Source: a virus. From it: a stretch of DNA of 64,000 nucleotides. The notes beneath the pieces are model-generated. The model worked only from the letters and a program-made list of their open reading frames with translations. It was not told the DNA's origin and ran no database searches. This document shows, in pieces, positions 9,678-18,823 of the stretch (position 1 is the stretch's first letter; the number at the start of each line of letters is the position of its first letter). The position numbers were made by a program, and so were the translations under genes. The DNA lies in IMG/VR virus record IMGVR_UViG_3300025789_000020; one strand, written 5' to 3'.

Positions 9678-10515
9678 CAGAACCCCCGTCGATAAATCTT
9701 GTTAGACTTGATTTATTCATAACATGTACATCTAGTCCAGTAGTTTTAACAAGTGTATATTCTCCAAGGTGATTTTTCTTTTCAACTAAGAATTTCATTT
9801 TTATTTTATCTGCACTAACTAGAATATCTTTATCAGAAGCATATATCATTTTTCCAGGAAGTTCAGTTGCAAATGTTCCAGTAGTACTACCGTTCATAAT
9901 ATGAATGGCAATGCTAAATGCAAAATCATTTCTAAAATTACTAGACTCTATCCCGTACAACATTCTATAATAATTCCAGTTTGATTTTATATATGCAACA
10001 ATATTAAAAAAAGATTCAGTAATCATGTTTTTTTGAAATACAAAAACTGTAGCCCAATAAAAAGGAATACTATATTGCGTTATTCTATCAAATTCATTAG
10101 TACGTTTCCATCCTGCTAGATCAAAAGAGTTTTTATATAACTGTATATCATGATCATTATTAAATGCAGGTTTTAAAATATCAGAATTTAAAATGTAATC
10201 ACTATCAATTACTAGAGTTTTATCATAAGGAGATAAATTGTAAATTTGCCCTCTTGAAAAGTTTTTCCATTCTAGTATAGTTGATGCTAGTGTACCATCA
10301 TTAAACTTTTTTACTTGGGTGCCAGTATCTTTAGGTATCTCAATAATTTGATCGAATGGATTATTAGGATACTGTGCTAACAAGAATTTTTTATCATCAG
10401 TTATAACTGATACTGGTATACTGAGATGCTCTATTATCTTAGAAGCAGAATAAACTGCCATCTTAATATAGTCAATTTTACTGTTATTCTGAGCAAAAAT
10501 TACTGCACCGTTCAT
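9670..10515 (-). CDS. Putative glycosyltransferase (GT8-like)
   Basis: SPYDKTLVIDSD motif and a C-terminal HVMNK motif. Confidence 0.65.
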   Translation of the reverse strand: MNGAVIFAQNNSKIDYIKMAVYSASKIIEHLSIPVSVITDDKKFLLAQYPNNPFDQIIEIPKDTGTQVKKFNDGTLASTILEWKNFSRGQIYNLSPYDKTLVIDSDYILNSDILKPAFNNDHDIQLYKNSFDLAGWKRTNEFDRITQYSIPFYWATVFVFQKNMITESFFNIVAYIKSNWNYYRMLYGIESSNFRNDFAFSIAIHIMNGSTTGTFATELPGKMIYASDKDILVSADKIKMKFLVEKKNHLGEYTLVKTTGLDVHVMNKSSLTRFIDGGSGV

Positions 10516-10862
10516 AACTCAACGATGTCCGAAACTTTTCTTTTAGATTTAATTTCATTAAATTTAGATGAATAATCATTTAACGCTTCAAAATATTGAT
10601 CAACAATTGTATCAAAAAACTCTTGAACATTGACAATATTAACAGGCAAATTGTTTACATCTAAAAAAGGCACATCACTAGTGTGTCCAAGATCTATTGC
10701 TGTTTTTGTAAAATTGATTAATTCTAATGTAATTAAAAATGTTGCGCCATTGGTATAGTACAATAACTTTTGATTAAATTCTTCTAAAATAATTTTTCGT
10801 TGATTAGACAATGTTGCCATGTAATTGGCAACATTAAAGGCTTTTTCGATTCGTTCATCCAT
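10512..10862 (-). CDS. Hypothetical protein, first gene of the glycosyltransferase cluster
   Basis: A GGAG RBS precedes ATG 10862 (MDERIEK). The longer start at 10874 lies at the predicted transcription start. Confidence 0.7.
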   Translation of the reverse strand: MDERIEKAFNVANYMATLSNQRKIILEEFNQKLLYYTNGATFLITLELINFTKTAIDLGHTSDVPFLDVNNLPVNIVNVQEFFDTIVDQYFEALNDYSSKFNEIKSKRKVSDIVEL

Positions 10863-10879
10863 AGATAACTCCATAGTGT

Positions 10880-10908
10880 ATTGTACACTATGTTAATTAT
10901 CTTGTCAA
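10880..10908 (-). promoter_or_regulatory. Sigma70-type promoter for the glycosyltransferase cluster
   Basis: Minus strand TTGACA (10908-10903), 17 bp, TACAAT (10885-10880), overlapped by a 9-bp inverted repeat at 10872-10892. Confidence 0.72.
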
Positions 10909-10932
10909 GTGAAAGTTTAAGGACGATCCTGA

Positions 10933-11835
10933 TTACGGACCAACGTATGATATAGCAGGCAAAGATACTGCTACATTTGATCCAGTTGCATAATATGCCT
11001 GTACTTGGCTAATTAATGTACCATCGACGTTCTCGTCTGTTCCGTAAGGAGCATTTGGTTGTCCTGATAAATCTGCAAATTGAATTGTAAAAGTTATCAC
11101 TGATCCAGCGGCATTTATTTTAGCGTAGATATCATACTGATTTGGACTATATGTACTATTTTCAGTATTCTTTGTAAAAATCAATTGATTTGTTGTAGTC
11201 AATTGATAGTATCCAATATTGTTTGCGGCTGTTCCTACTGTTGTTCCTGTATCTACAGTACTGTTGTAGTTAAAGGTTACAGTCCCCATGTTGGACAACA
11301 TTTTATTCCATGAATCATTTTTACTACCAATAGAAGTATTGGAGCCGCCACTCTGGCTGCCGGAAAATTGAAAGTTACTTCCAGTATTAAAAAATGCTCT
11401 TGCGGCATCATAGTTAGGGAAAGTTGCAGTTACCACGTGACTAATTGTGCCATTCCACGGAGTTGTTCTACTACTTGTTCCAGCATCAGCTAGTGTACCT
11501 TGTCCGCTTGGGGGAGTGACTAATTGATTAACTGTTACTAGATCTGCCATAGCATTGTATGCGGCTCTGTCAGATTCTTTAATAGTTGTAGTGTTAGTAA
11601 TAACAGTAAGTTGACCGCTTTGATCAGTAGTTGTTTGGTGATTACGTGCTTTTAACAAATCATTACGTAGTGCAGTCCATTGCGATACTAAAATTGGTGT
11701 GCCTTGTGACACTTGGATACTAGTAACCGGTTGCCCGTATCCGCTTGAACCTGATCCTAGCCCTAAAACTGTAGCAATTTTAGATTGGATAGTGTTATAA
11801 TCAGTAGCAAGGATTGGTGAATTTTGACCAGACAT
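10933..11835 (-). CDS. Putative virion structural (tail-associated) protein
   Basis: T/S/G/N-rich 300-aa ORF at the end of the fibre gene run. Confidence 0.6.
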   Translation of the reverse strand: MSGQNSPILATDYNTIQSKIATVLGLGSGSSGYGQPVTSIQVSQGTPILVSQWTALRNDLLKARNHQTTTDQSGQLTVITNTTTIKESDRAAYNAMADLVTVNQLVTPPSGQGTLADAGTSSRTTPWNGTISHVVTATFPNYDAARAFFNTGSNFQFSGSQSGGSNTSIGSKNDSWNKMLSNMGTVTFNYNSTVDTGTTVGTAANNIGYYQLTTTNQLIFTKNTENSTYSPNQYDIYAKINAAGSVITFTIQFADLSGQPNAPYGTDENVDGTLISQVQAYYATGSNVAVSLPAISYVGP

Positions 11836-11845
11836 TAGTTATTCC

Positions 11846-13324
11846 TTATAGTACTACAACTTCAATTACGCCTTCTGCACCAATATCGCTAGAAAAATCT
11901 TCAAGAGCTATTGCAAAAACGTCTCCGCCTGCTTGCTGGGCACTTATTGCTCGACCTTTTCCGTAAGGTAATAGTCGATCACCTTTAGAAATTGGTCCAA
12001 TTACTTTACAAGGCACACGTCCTTTAAGTGCAACATATGTGCCACCTACTAATTCGCTGTTCATCATATAAGCAGGATTTGTAGATATAACACCAATTGC
12101 TCGAGATCCAAATGTAGCAGTTGTAACTTCTGCTGAACCGCCAACTGTTACTACAGTACCTGGTTCTAATTCAACATCAGTTAAATATTTTTCTGCCAAG
12201 TCAGCGTAGTTAGCACTTGATGCAATACCTTGGAATATATTAGCGGCAATATTTGAACTGCCATCACGAGCAACAACAGTATTCGGGCTTGAAGCAATAC
12301 TAGCTGTTCTATATGTTCCACCTACATTCAGTGCATCTGCCTGTGCGGCTGTACTGTTAACATAACTAGCATAAATTTGATTCCACTGTAAAGATGGACT
12401 TCCCATGTTATTAGTTAATGTTGTACCTGGTAATAAATCAGTACCTACTAATTGTAATGGTGTCTTAGTTACAGCTGATACAGTAGTCTGGAATACAATA
12501 GTATTGTTTGATTGGTTTCTAATAGTTGGTGTTGTTGCTGATGCATTAAAAACTACTAGTCTAGCAACAGGATTACCAACTGTATATCCAACGTCTGCAA
12601 AGTTAACCTGTGTGCTAAATGCCGCACTTCCTGCTTGTACAAACGCACTAACTGGCAATCCGCCTAATTGATCAGCGTTTGTAGCAGTTCCGTAGAATCT
12701 ATGAGCACTGCTAGTAACTCCAGGAGCCGCATTGTTGTTAGTATATACTAATGTAATACCTTGATGGATTGTTGTAAACCCGGTAATTGCATTTTGAGTA
12801 TTATCTAATATAAAATCACTGTCTGCACTGATTGTAAATATGACTTGTCCGTTATCAACACCTTGAATAACTGGATGAGATACTCCAAAACTATCTTTTA
12901 AACTTATAGAACGCATCTGCGTTGTGCCAGCACCCGCTACACCTTGTGGTCCAATAAGGGTAAATGTAGTGCCATTCCATGCATATAACTGATTATTAAT
13001 TGTATCGTACCAGAAATCGCCCTGGGTTAGTCCAGTTGGAGCGGTTCCGCCAATCTCAGCACCACCTGTTGTACGGAATTTTGTACCGTCATAAAACTTT
13101 AATTTGCTGTGGCCAGTGTCAAACCATATTTGCCCAGGCAATGGTTTAGGTGGTTGTGTAGTATTAGCAAAATTTTCTAATAGATATACAAAATTTTCAT
13201 TCTGGATTGATCCGTATCCAGCATAATTTTTGCCGATTAATTTCAGATCAAGAGTGGCATCTATGGTGCCGTCGGCAATAACAGCAATTTGATTACCGTT
13301 ATATCTTGTTATTGTATATGACAT
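11846..13324 (-). CDS. Tail fibre protein with a C-terminal intramolecular-chaperone/auto-cleavage-like domain
   Basis: Shared fibre N-terminal domain; C-terminal ADLAEKY...GVISTNPAYMMN...VALKGRVPCKVIG pattern. Confidence 0.72.
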   Translation of the reverse strand: MSYTITRYNGNQIAVIADGTIDATLDLKLIGKNYAGYGSIQNENFVYLLENFANTTQPPKPLPGQIWFDTGHSKLKFYDGTKFRTTGGAEIGGTAPTGLTQGDFWYDTINNQLYAWNGTTFTLIGPQGVAGAGTTQMRSISLKDSFGVSHPVIQGVDNGQVIFTISADSDFILDNTQNAITGFTTIHQGITLVYTNNNAAPGVTSSAHRFYGTATNADQLGGLPVSAFVQAGSAAFSTQVNFADVGYTVGNPVARLVVFNASATTPTIRNQSNNTIVFQTTVSAVTKTPLQLVGTDLLPGTTLTNNMGSPSLQWNQIYASYVNSTAAQADALNVGGTYRTASIASSPNTVVARDGSSNIAANIFQGIASSANYADLAEKYLTDVELEPGTVVTVGGSAEVTTATFGSRAIGVISTNPAYMMNSELVGGTYVALKGRVPCKVIGPISKGDRLLPYGKGRAISAQQAGGDVFAIALEDFSSDIGAEGVIEVVVL

Positions 13325-13346
13325 CTGGCTCGTTCCTTATTCGTAG

Positions 13347-13354
13347 TATTTATG
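13347..13354 (-). promoter_or_regulatory. Late promoter CATAAATA
   Basis: Intergenic, upstream of the AAGGAA RBS of 11846..13324. Confidence 0.6.
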
Positions 13355-13365
13355 CTAGTTTTGGT

Positions 13366-15180
13366 TTAAGAATATGACTGATAAGTCCAAGTTCCTAATA
13401 GTAGCTGGAACTGGCGTATATACGGATTCGCCGTTCCAGTTCCGGCGCCCGGCCCTGAAGCTATGAATACTGTTCCAATATTGTTATTTCCGGCTCCGAT
13501 TGCTGTGAAATTCGTAGTCCCAGCTGTTGCAATTGTATATAATGCGCCTGTAACAAACGATCCTGCATTAACACTCTGCGTAGAGCCAGTATCTATACAC
13601 ACTGCTCTAATTATAGTACCATATTGATGCTCACCTGCTGGGAAAATCTTTGGTAAAATTCCCGAAGCTATTTGTAAATTAGTAAATCCTGTAGTAGTCA
13701 ATGATATTGCAAGAGGGGCGCTTTGTATTGAGGTGTCAACATAGCCCTTGTTTGCACCATCTGTGCTAGCTGTAGGAGTTGCAACACTAGTTAATTTAGC
13801 ACTATTAATGTCAACTGATCCAGTTCCTTTTGGTGCCAATGTTAAATTAGCATTTGATACTGAAGCATTTACATATGAAATTGTTGACCCGCTTAGGGAT
13901 ATGTATCCAGCCTGGAATGTTGTTTGTGTTCCGATACTAGTCAACCCTGGGGCACTAGTAATTGCAGTACCTAGAGAGTTTGCAGTTATTACATCTACAC
14001 CATTAATCTTGTAAGTTTTGCCCGATGCTAAACTAATATTTTCCGAACTAGTCCAAGCAGTATTAGCAGAATACCAAAAGAATGTTTTATCAACATCTGT
14101 TCCGGCTGCAATCTGTAAGCCGCCGCCGTTTGCAGTAGTATTTGAAGGGCTTACTGTTTTAGCTAAAATAATAGTTTTATCACTAACATTAATTGTTGCA
14201 GAATTAATAGTAGTAGTTGACCCTTCAATTGTTAAATTTCCACGGATTCGTGCATTGCCGTTTACATCTAAAGTTGCTGTAGGAGCAGTTGTGTATATAC
14301 CAACATACTGACCAGATGCGTTAACATATAACGCCGAAGTCTGGCTTGATGAATTTAACATGTTTAATGAAAAATTCTGGTTTGTAGAGTTTGATTTTAT
14401 TTCAAATAGTTGATAGTTAACATTAATTTCAGTACTAGATGCTGTGCCTAATACTAATGGTGTGCTATTCTGTATTGTTATTGATCCAGTTGTTGATGAA
14501 TCACCAACCGTAGTTACAAAGTTTGAAGCAAGCAATAATGTTCCGTCATTGGCGATTAAAGCAGTTGCAGAGCTAACTGGTACATTAAATGTTATTCCAG
14601 GATTACTACCAACATTAAATCCAGAAGTAATTGATCCAGAAAATCCAGCAATTGCTTCAAGCGGTGTAAAACTATCTTTACTAAAAATACCAATTAATGT
14701 TCTAGCAACATACATGAAACATATAGTATGGCTTACTTTATTAGTGTCTACAATATCTTCAACAATAAAACCAGTTTGTCCCTGTGCATCTGTATAGATA
14801 GGACCTGCTAGTTTAGTCGAATTGCCGTCATTAAAATACATTTGCTGACGGAAACTATCTAACCAAATATCGCCAGTAGTTAAACTACTAGGAGCCGAAG
14901 GTGATACTGTTGTACCGCCAGTAATTTTAAACTGTACGCCATCGTATATTTTTAATCGATTGTCGTTAGTATCAAACCAAAGTTGTCCAGTAATAGGATA
15001 ATTTGGTTGACTAGTGTTGGCAAAATTTTCTAGTAGATGTACAAAATTGTCATTAACAAATACTCCATAGCCGGTAGAATTTTTTGCTATTAAAGTTAAG
15101 TCAGTTGTTGTTTGATCAATTGTACCATCGACTAATTGAGTTAACGTTGTGCCGTCTGTTTTTAATATTGTATAACTCAT
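13366..15180 (-). CDS. Tail fibre / baseplate-associated structural protein
   Basis: N-terminus LLENFANTSQP...GQLWFDT...LKIYDG; PTATLDVNG and DGANKGYVD fibre motifs. Confidence 0.72.
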   Translation of the reverse strand: MSYTILKTDGTTLTQLVDGTIDQTTTDLTLIAKNSTGYGVFVNDNFVHLLENFANTSQPNYPITGQLWFDTNDNRLKIYDGVQFKITGGTTVSPSAPSSLTTGDIWLDSFRQQMYFNDGNSTKLAGPIYTDAQGQTGFIVEDIVDTNKVSHTICFMYVARTLIGIFSKDSFTPLEAIAGFSGSITSGFNVGSNPGITFNVPVSSATALIANDGTLLLASNFVTTVGDSSTTGSITIQNSTPLVLGTASSTEINVNYQLFEIKSNSTNQNFSLNMLNSSSQTSALYVNASGQYVGIYTTAPTATLDVNGNARIRGNLTIEGSTTTINSATINVSDKTIILAKTVSPSNTTANGGGLQIAAGTDVDKTFFWYSANTAWTSSENISLASGKTYKINGVDVITANSLGTAITSAPGLTSIGTQTTFQAGYISLSGSTISYVNASVSNANLTLAPKGTGSVDINSAKLTSVATPTASTDGANKGYVDTSIQSAPLAISLTTTGFTNLQIASGILPKIFPAGEHQYGTIIRAVCIDTGSTQSVNAGSFVTGALYTIATAGTTNFTAIGAGNNNIGTVFIASGPGAGTGTANPYIRQFQLLLGTWTYQSYS

Positions 15181-17285
15181 TATAATGCACCAGTGTAAAT
15201 TATGTAATTGATTGTTGCATATGGATTCATTGTTAAAAATCCTTGCCCTAAGGTGTTTGCAGTAACTGATCCACTACTAGGAAATCCTGATCCACTACTT
15301 GTAGTTGGTAATCCTAGACCGGGAACAGCATTAGGATCAGGACCTGCACCAGGCAAACCTGCCGCATAGTATTGAGCATTTCCGCTACTTAGATTATGAA
15401 AGTGATCTGGAAGATTATTAATTGTTAGTGTTTGTGTTTGACTACCGCTACCAGTTCCTATAGTATCTGCTGTAATATCAGTTACTCTGTTTGCTGAGCC
15501 ACCACCAGTTTGAATCTGTGTGCCGGACCCGTCTTTACTAGGAACAGTGACACCGTTATCCATATTATCACGACCTAGTGGGAATCTTCCACGCATATCA
15601 GGTAACGCAAATGTTCCTAACCCTTGTAAAAGTTGAGTTGGCTTATATACATAACCAATAACTTGAAATAATGCAGTATAATCTGAAACTTTTACTTCAC
15701 TGCCGTCACATAATAGATATCCAGGCGGAACTGTTGTTCCTGCAAACGGCATCAAAGCGCCTACTGGCATTGTAGCAACATGATTAAACAGTGTTTGTTT
15801 AGTCATACTTAATAAGCCAGTACCTGCTCTATAAACTAACAACTGATCAGTCGGTGCTGAATCGTCAGCGGCTGCCTTAGATGTAATAATTCCTGAGCTG
15901 ATTGTTGTGTTAAACAACGCAACACCGCTAGTTGTCTGTCCATCAAAACTTACATCAGGAGCAGAAACGTCACCAGTTAATCTAAAGTTTGTCGGGCTTT
16001 GTAGCTTTGCGGCAGCTCCGGTGATACTACCTGTAAGTTGCCCTGTGAATACTCCGTTAAAATTGCCAACGAATGATTGTGCGTAGATATTTCTAAATGT
16101 TGCGTTTGCTGACCCAATGTCGTAAATTGCAGTAGTTGATGGTAGTAAGGCAGCACCAGTTATTGGATTTGAACTAGAGTCAATCCAATTTAAATATAAT
16201 TGCCCATTAATAGTAGTATCATCTCCAAGAGATGTTTTCTTAGCAACTTGTAACCCGCCAAGAGTTTGTATACTTGGACCGTTAGTATCGGTAAGATCTA
16301 ATGTTCCAGTGTCAGTCAATCCAGCACTAGTTGTTATTGTACCAAGTACATCAAGCGCAGATGCAGGAGTAACATTATTTGGGCCAATACCAACTTTGCC
16401 TAACGGCGATAAATGTACTAGAATTGAACTATTTAAATTAAAGTCAATACTGTTTGAACTACTTTTAGAATAGAATACTGTTGAATTACCATTAACACCA
16501 ATATTGAAATTTAAACTTTGCCCTAGACTAATGCCGGCATCAGATTTAATATTAATAGCGTTGTTTGTTAAGCTAACTTGATCGTTACGTAAGAAACTAG
16601 AAGCTGGTATTGCTGTGTTATTAACTAGCAATGCATCTGCAGAGCTTGCAGTTCCCCAAATTCTAGATAACGATGCAGTGTTTGTAGAATCAGTTGTACT
16701 TAAATTAATACCTTGATTGATACTAGAAAATCCAGCAATATATGCTTTAGGTATAAAAGTATCTTTACTAATTATTGCAATTCTATAATTGTTAGCATAT
16801 AGAGAAATGACTGGATACGTTATATTATTTGTATCAACAATTTCATCAACGATTGGACCAGTTAATGTGCCTGCGCTAAATTGAGGACCAACTAAAATCC
16901 AATTTGATCCCGAAAACAAATACAATTGATTATTTGCAGTATCAGACCATAAATCTCCAACTGTACTATTAGCAACATCAGGAGCAGATGCTGATTTTTT
17001 TAACGAGCCTGCGGCTCCCCAAGTTGTACCATCGTATACTTTAAGTGTGTTAATACCGCCAGCGGTGTCATACCATAGTTGACCTTGAACTGGATTTGCA
17101 GGAGCTGTGGCATTAGCAAAATTTTCTAACATGTGTAACATGTCAGTTGCAAGAACTGCACCGTAGCCGGCATAGTTCTTACCAACAAATGTGATACTAG
17201 TTTGTGTGTTAAGCGTTTGATCTGCAACTATGATTGGTGCTTTAGCAGGATTGTTTGGTTCAGAATAAGTTACTTGGTACGTCAT
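15180..17285 (-). CDS. Tail fibre protein with a phage tail collar domain (short tail fibre-like)
   Basis: PVGALMPFAG...GYLLCDGS...LFQVIG...FALPDMRGRFPLG collar motif and an HxH tip motif (HFH). Confidence 0.82.
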   Translation of the reverse strand: MTYQVTYSEPNNPAKAPIIVADQTLNTQTSITFVGKNYAGYGAVLATDMLHMLENFANATAPANPVQGQLWYDTAGGINTLKVYDGTTWGAAGSLKKSASAPDVANSTVGDLWSDTANNQLYLFSGSNWILVGPQFSAGTLTGPIVDEIVDTNNITYPVISLYANNYRIAIISKDTFIPKAYIAGFSSINQGINLSTTDSTNTASLSRIWGTASSADALLVNNTAIPASSFLRNDQVSLTNNAINIKSDAGISLGQSLNFNIGVNGNSTVFYSKSSSNSIDFNLNSSILVHLSPLGKVGIGPNNVTPASALDVLGTITTSAGLTDTGTLDLTDTNGPSIQTLGGLQVAKKTSLGDDTTINGQLYLNWIDSSSNPITGAALLPSTTAIYDIGSANATFRNIYAQSFVGNFNGVFTGQLTGSITGAAAKLQSPTNFRLTGDVSAPDVSFDGQTTSGVALFNTTISSGIITSKAAADDSAPTDQLLVYRAGTGLLSMTKQTLFNHVATMPVGALMPFAGTTVPPGYLLCDGSEVKVSDYTALFQVIGYVYKPTQLLQGLGTFALPDMRGRFPLGRDNMDNGVTVPSKDGSGTQIQTGGGSANRVTDITADTIGTGSGSQTQTLTINNLPDHFHNLSSGNAQYYAAGLPGAGPDPNAVPGLGLPTTSSGSGFPSSGSVTANTLGQGFLTMNPYATINYIIYTGAL

Positions 17286-17288
17286 TTA

Positions 17289-17897
17289 TTAAACTCCTAC
17301 CAAACCGGTTAGACTTTGAATACGCACAGTATAGTCAATTTGAATTAATCGATTTAAACTTTTTTGCACAGGGTGAAAAATTACATGCGTTAACAATAAA
17401 CTTTGACCGGTTGAACTATAGCTTTGCAAGCCTAACTCATCGAATACAAAAGAATTATTTGCATTTGTAGTTGTATCAAATGCACTTTGTCCGCCGGGCT
17501 CGCCGTAATCTAACAAGCAGGTTACAAATAAATCAGTATAATTTGTACCAGTTACATGACGAGTTTCAATAAAATTACGTGTAGGATCTACATTGTTGCT
17601 AGAATTACCATCGACAATTTTAGAATATGTTTGATTATATAAACTAGCATTGCTACCTGAACTGTTTGGGGTTAGATATGTAATAATTCCAGTTGGATCA
17701 ATGGCTGTTCCGCCATTACCAAACGCCATTTGATAAACAAATCCCTGACCACTGTTAGCCATACTTTCTGCTAGGGCAATACTAATGTTCTCGTAATGAA
17801 TTGCATTACGTTTATTAACATAAATTTCTTTGGATTCAGGGTCATGAATCTTAATATGCCCTTCTATATGTATTCCAGTTACGTCTTTACTCTGCAT
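17289..17897 (-). CDS. Putative baseplate protein
   Basis: 202-aa ORF in the baseplate operon, with FGNGG and FDELGL motifs. Confidence 0.6.
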   Translation of the reverse strand: MQSKDVTGIHIEGHIKIHDPESKEIYVNKRNAIHYENISIALAESMANSGQGFVYQMAFGNGGTAIDPTGIITYLTPNSSGSNASLYNQTYSKIVDGNSSNNVDPTRNFIETRHVTGTNYTDLFVTCLLDYGEPGGQSAFDTTTNANNSFVFDELGLQSYSSTGQSLLLTHVIFHPVQKSLNRLIQIDYTVRIQSLTGLVGV

Positions 17898-17917
17898 AAT
17901 GGTCTCTCTTTATCTTG

Positions 17918-17925
17918 TATTTATC
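17918..17925 (-). promoter_or_regulatory. Late promoter GATAAATA
   Basis: Intergenic, upstream of 17289..17897. Confidence 0.6.
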
Positions 17926-17954
17926 CGTGTTCATAATGTGCTAGTTTAATGTTG

Positions 17955-18821
17955 TTAACTTTCTAATTTAATTAAGTTAAGAGTAACTGTAATTGCCGCG
18001 GCTGAACCGCCGTTATTGTATACTTTTAATTGTATATTGTTATTAGGAACAGTTTCGTCATTGAACCCAAAAATCATTGGGGTAAATTTTTGTGTACCTG
18101 CAGAAGTTGTAATAACTTCAGCAATTACTCCGCTACCGGGTGTTGGATCAGTTGTTTTTGACCTAGATACATCTGCTACCTGTGTTGCCACAGAAGTATA
18201 CACGCTTACCCAGGCCGCTGAACTAACAGTTATACTTAAAAGTGCATAACTTTTAAATCCAGTAATTGTAATGATGTCAAATGCGCTGGCAGCAATTGAT
18301 TGAGTTGTTCCAGATGCTGTAGTTCTAGCTATAGTAGTTTGTGTGGCTACTAGTTGACTACTGCCGTTTAGAGTTATTGTTGTTCCATCAACTTTTACTA
18401 CACCTAATGTACTAGTAGTTGCAGTCGGCACTATTTGGGGAGGAGAACTAATTACTCCGGTTCCACTAATTGTTATACTAGTACCGTCTACCTTGACTCC
18501 GCCGATAACACTAGTACTAGCTGTTGGCAAGGTGTAAGGCGTTGGCGCTCCATTAATTTTAGCATAACTTAAACTAGTAATCCAAGAAGGGTCTGCATAA
18601 GAGTTAGTTGTTAATACAACATTGTTAATTACTGGAGTTTGCCAAGATAATGTTGTACCATCAGTACTTAAAAATAAACCACTATTTCCGGTTTGAGCCG
18701 GTATAACAGTACTGCTATAAAGTTCTGTAAAATTAGCATTTATTTTTTGAGCACCAGTTCGGAATGAATCGCCTGTGTGATCATTTGCCGCTGATCCTAT
18801 GTTGATAAGTTGCTGTGCCAT
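17955..18821 (-). CDS. Baseplate wedge / fibre connector with a T4 gp9/gp10-like N-terminus
   Basis: QQLINIGSAANDHTGDSFRTGAQKINANFTELY matches the gp9/10 N-terminal motif; two PTA..S..GxVKVDG repeats. Confidence 0.75.
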   Translation of the reverse strand: MAQQLINIGSAANDHTGDSFRTGAQKINANFTELYSSTVIPAQTGNSGLFLSTDGTTLSWQTPVINNVVLTTNSYADPSWITSLSYAKINGAPTPYTLPTASTSVIGGVKVDGTSITISGTGVISSPPQIVPTATTSTLGVVKVDGTTITLNGSSQLVATQTTIARTTASGTTQSIAASAFDIITITGFKSYALLSITVSSAAWVSVYTSVATQVADVSRSKTTDPTPGSGVIAEVITTSAGTQKFTPMIFGFNDETVPNNNIQLKVYNNGGSAAAITVTLNLIKLES

Positions 18822-18823
18822 TA

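Noticed and set aside
10933-18821. Diversity-generating retroelement or invertible tail-fibre switch
   Set aside because: No reverse transcriptase or recombinase, and no near-identical template/variable repeat pair noticed by eye. A self dot-plot would be needed to exclude this fully.
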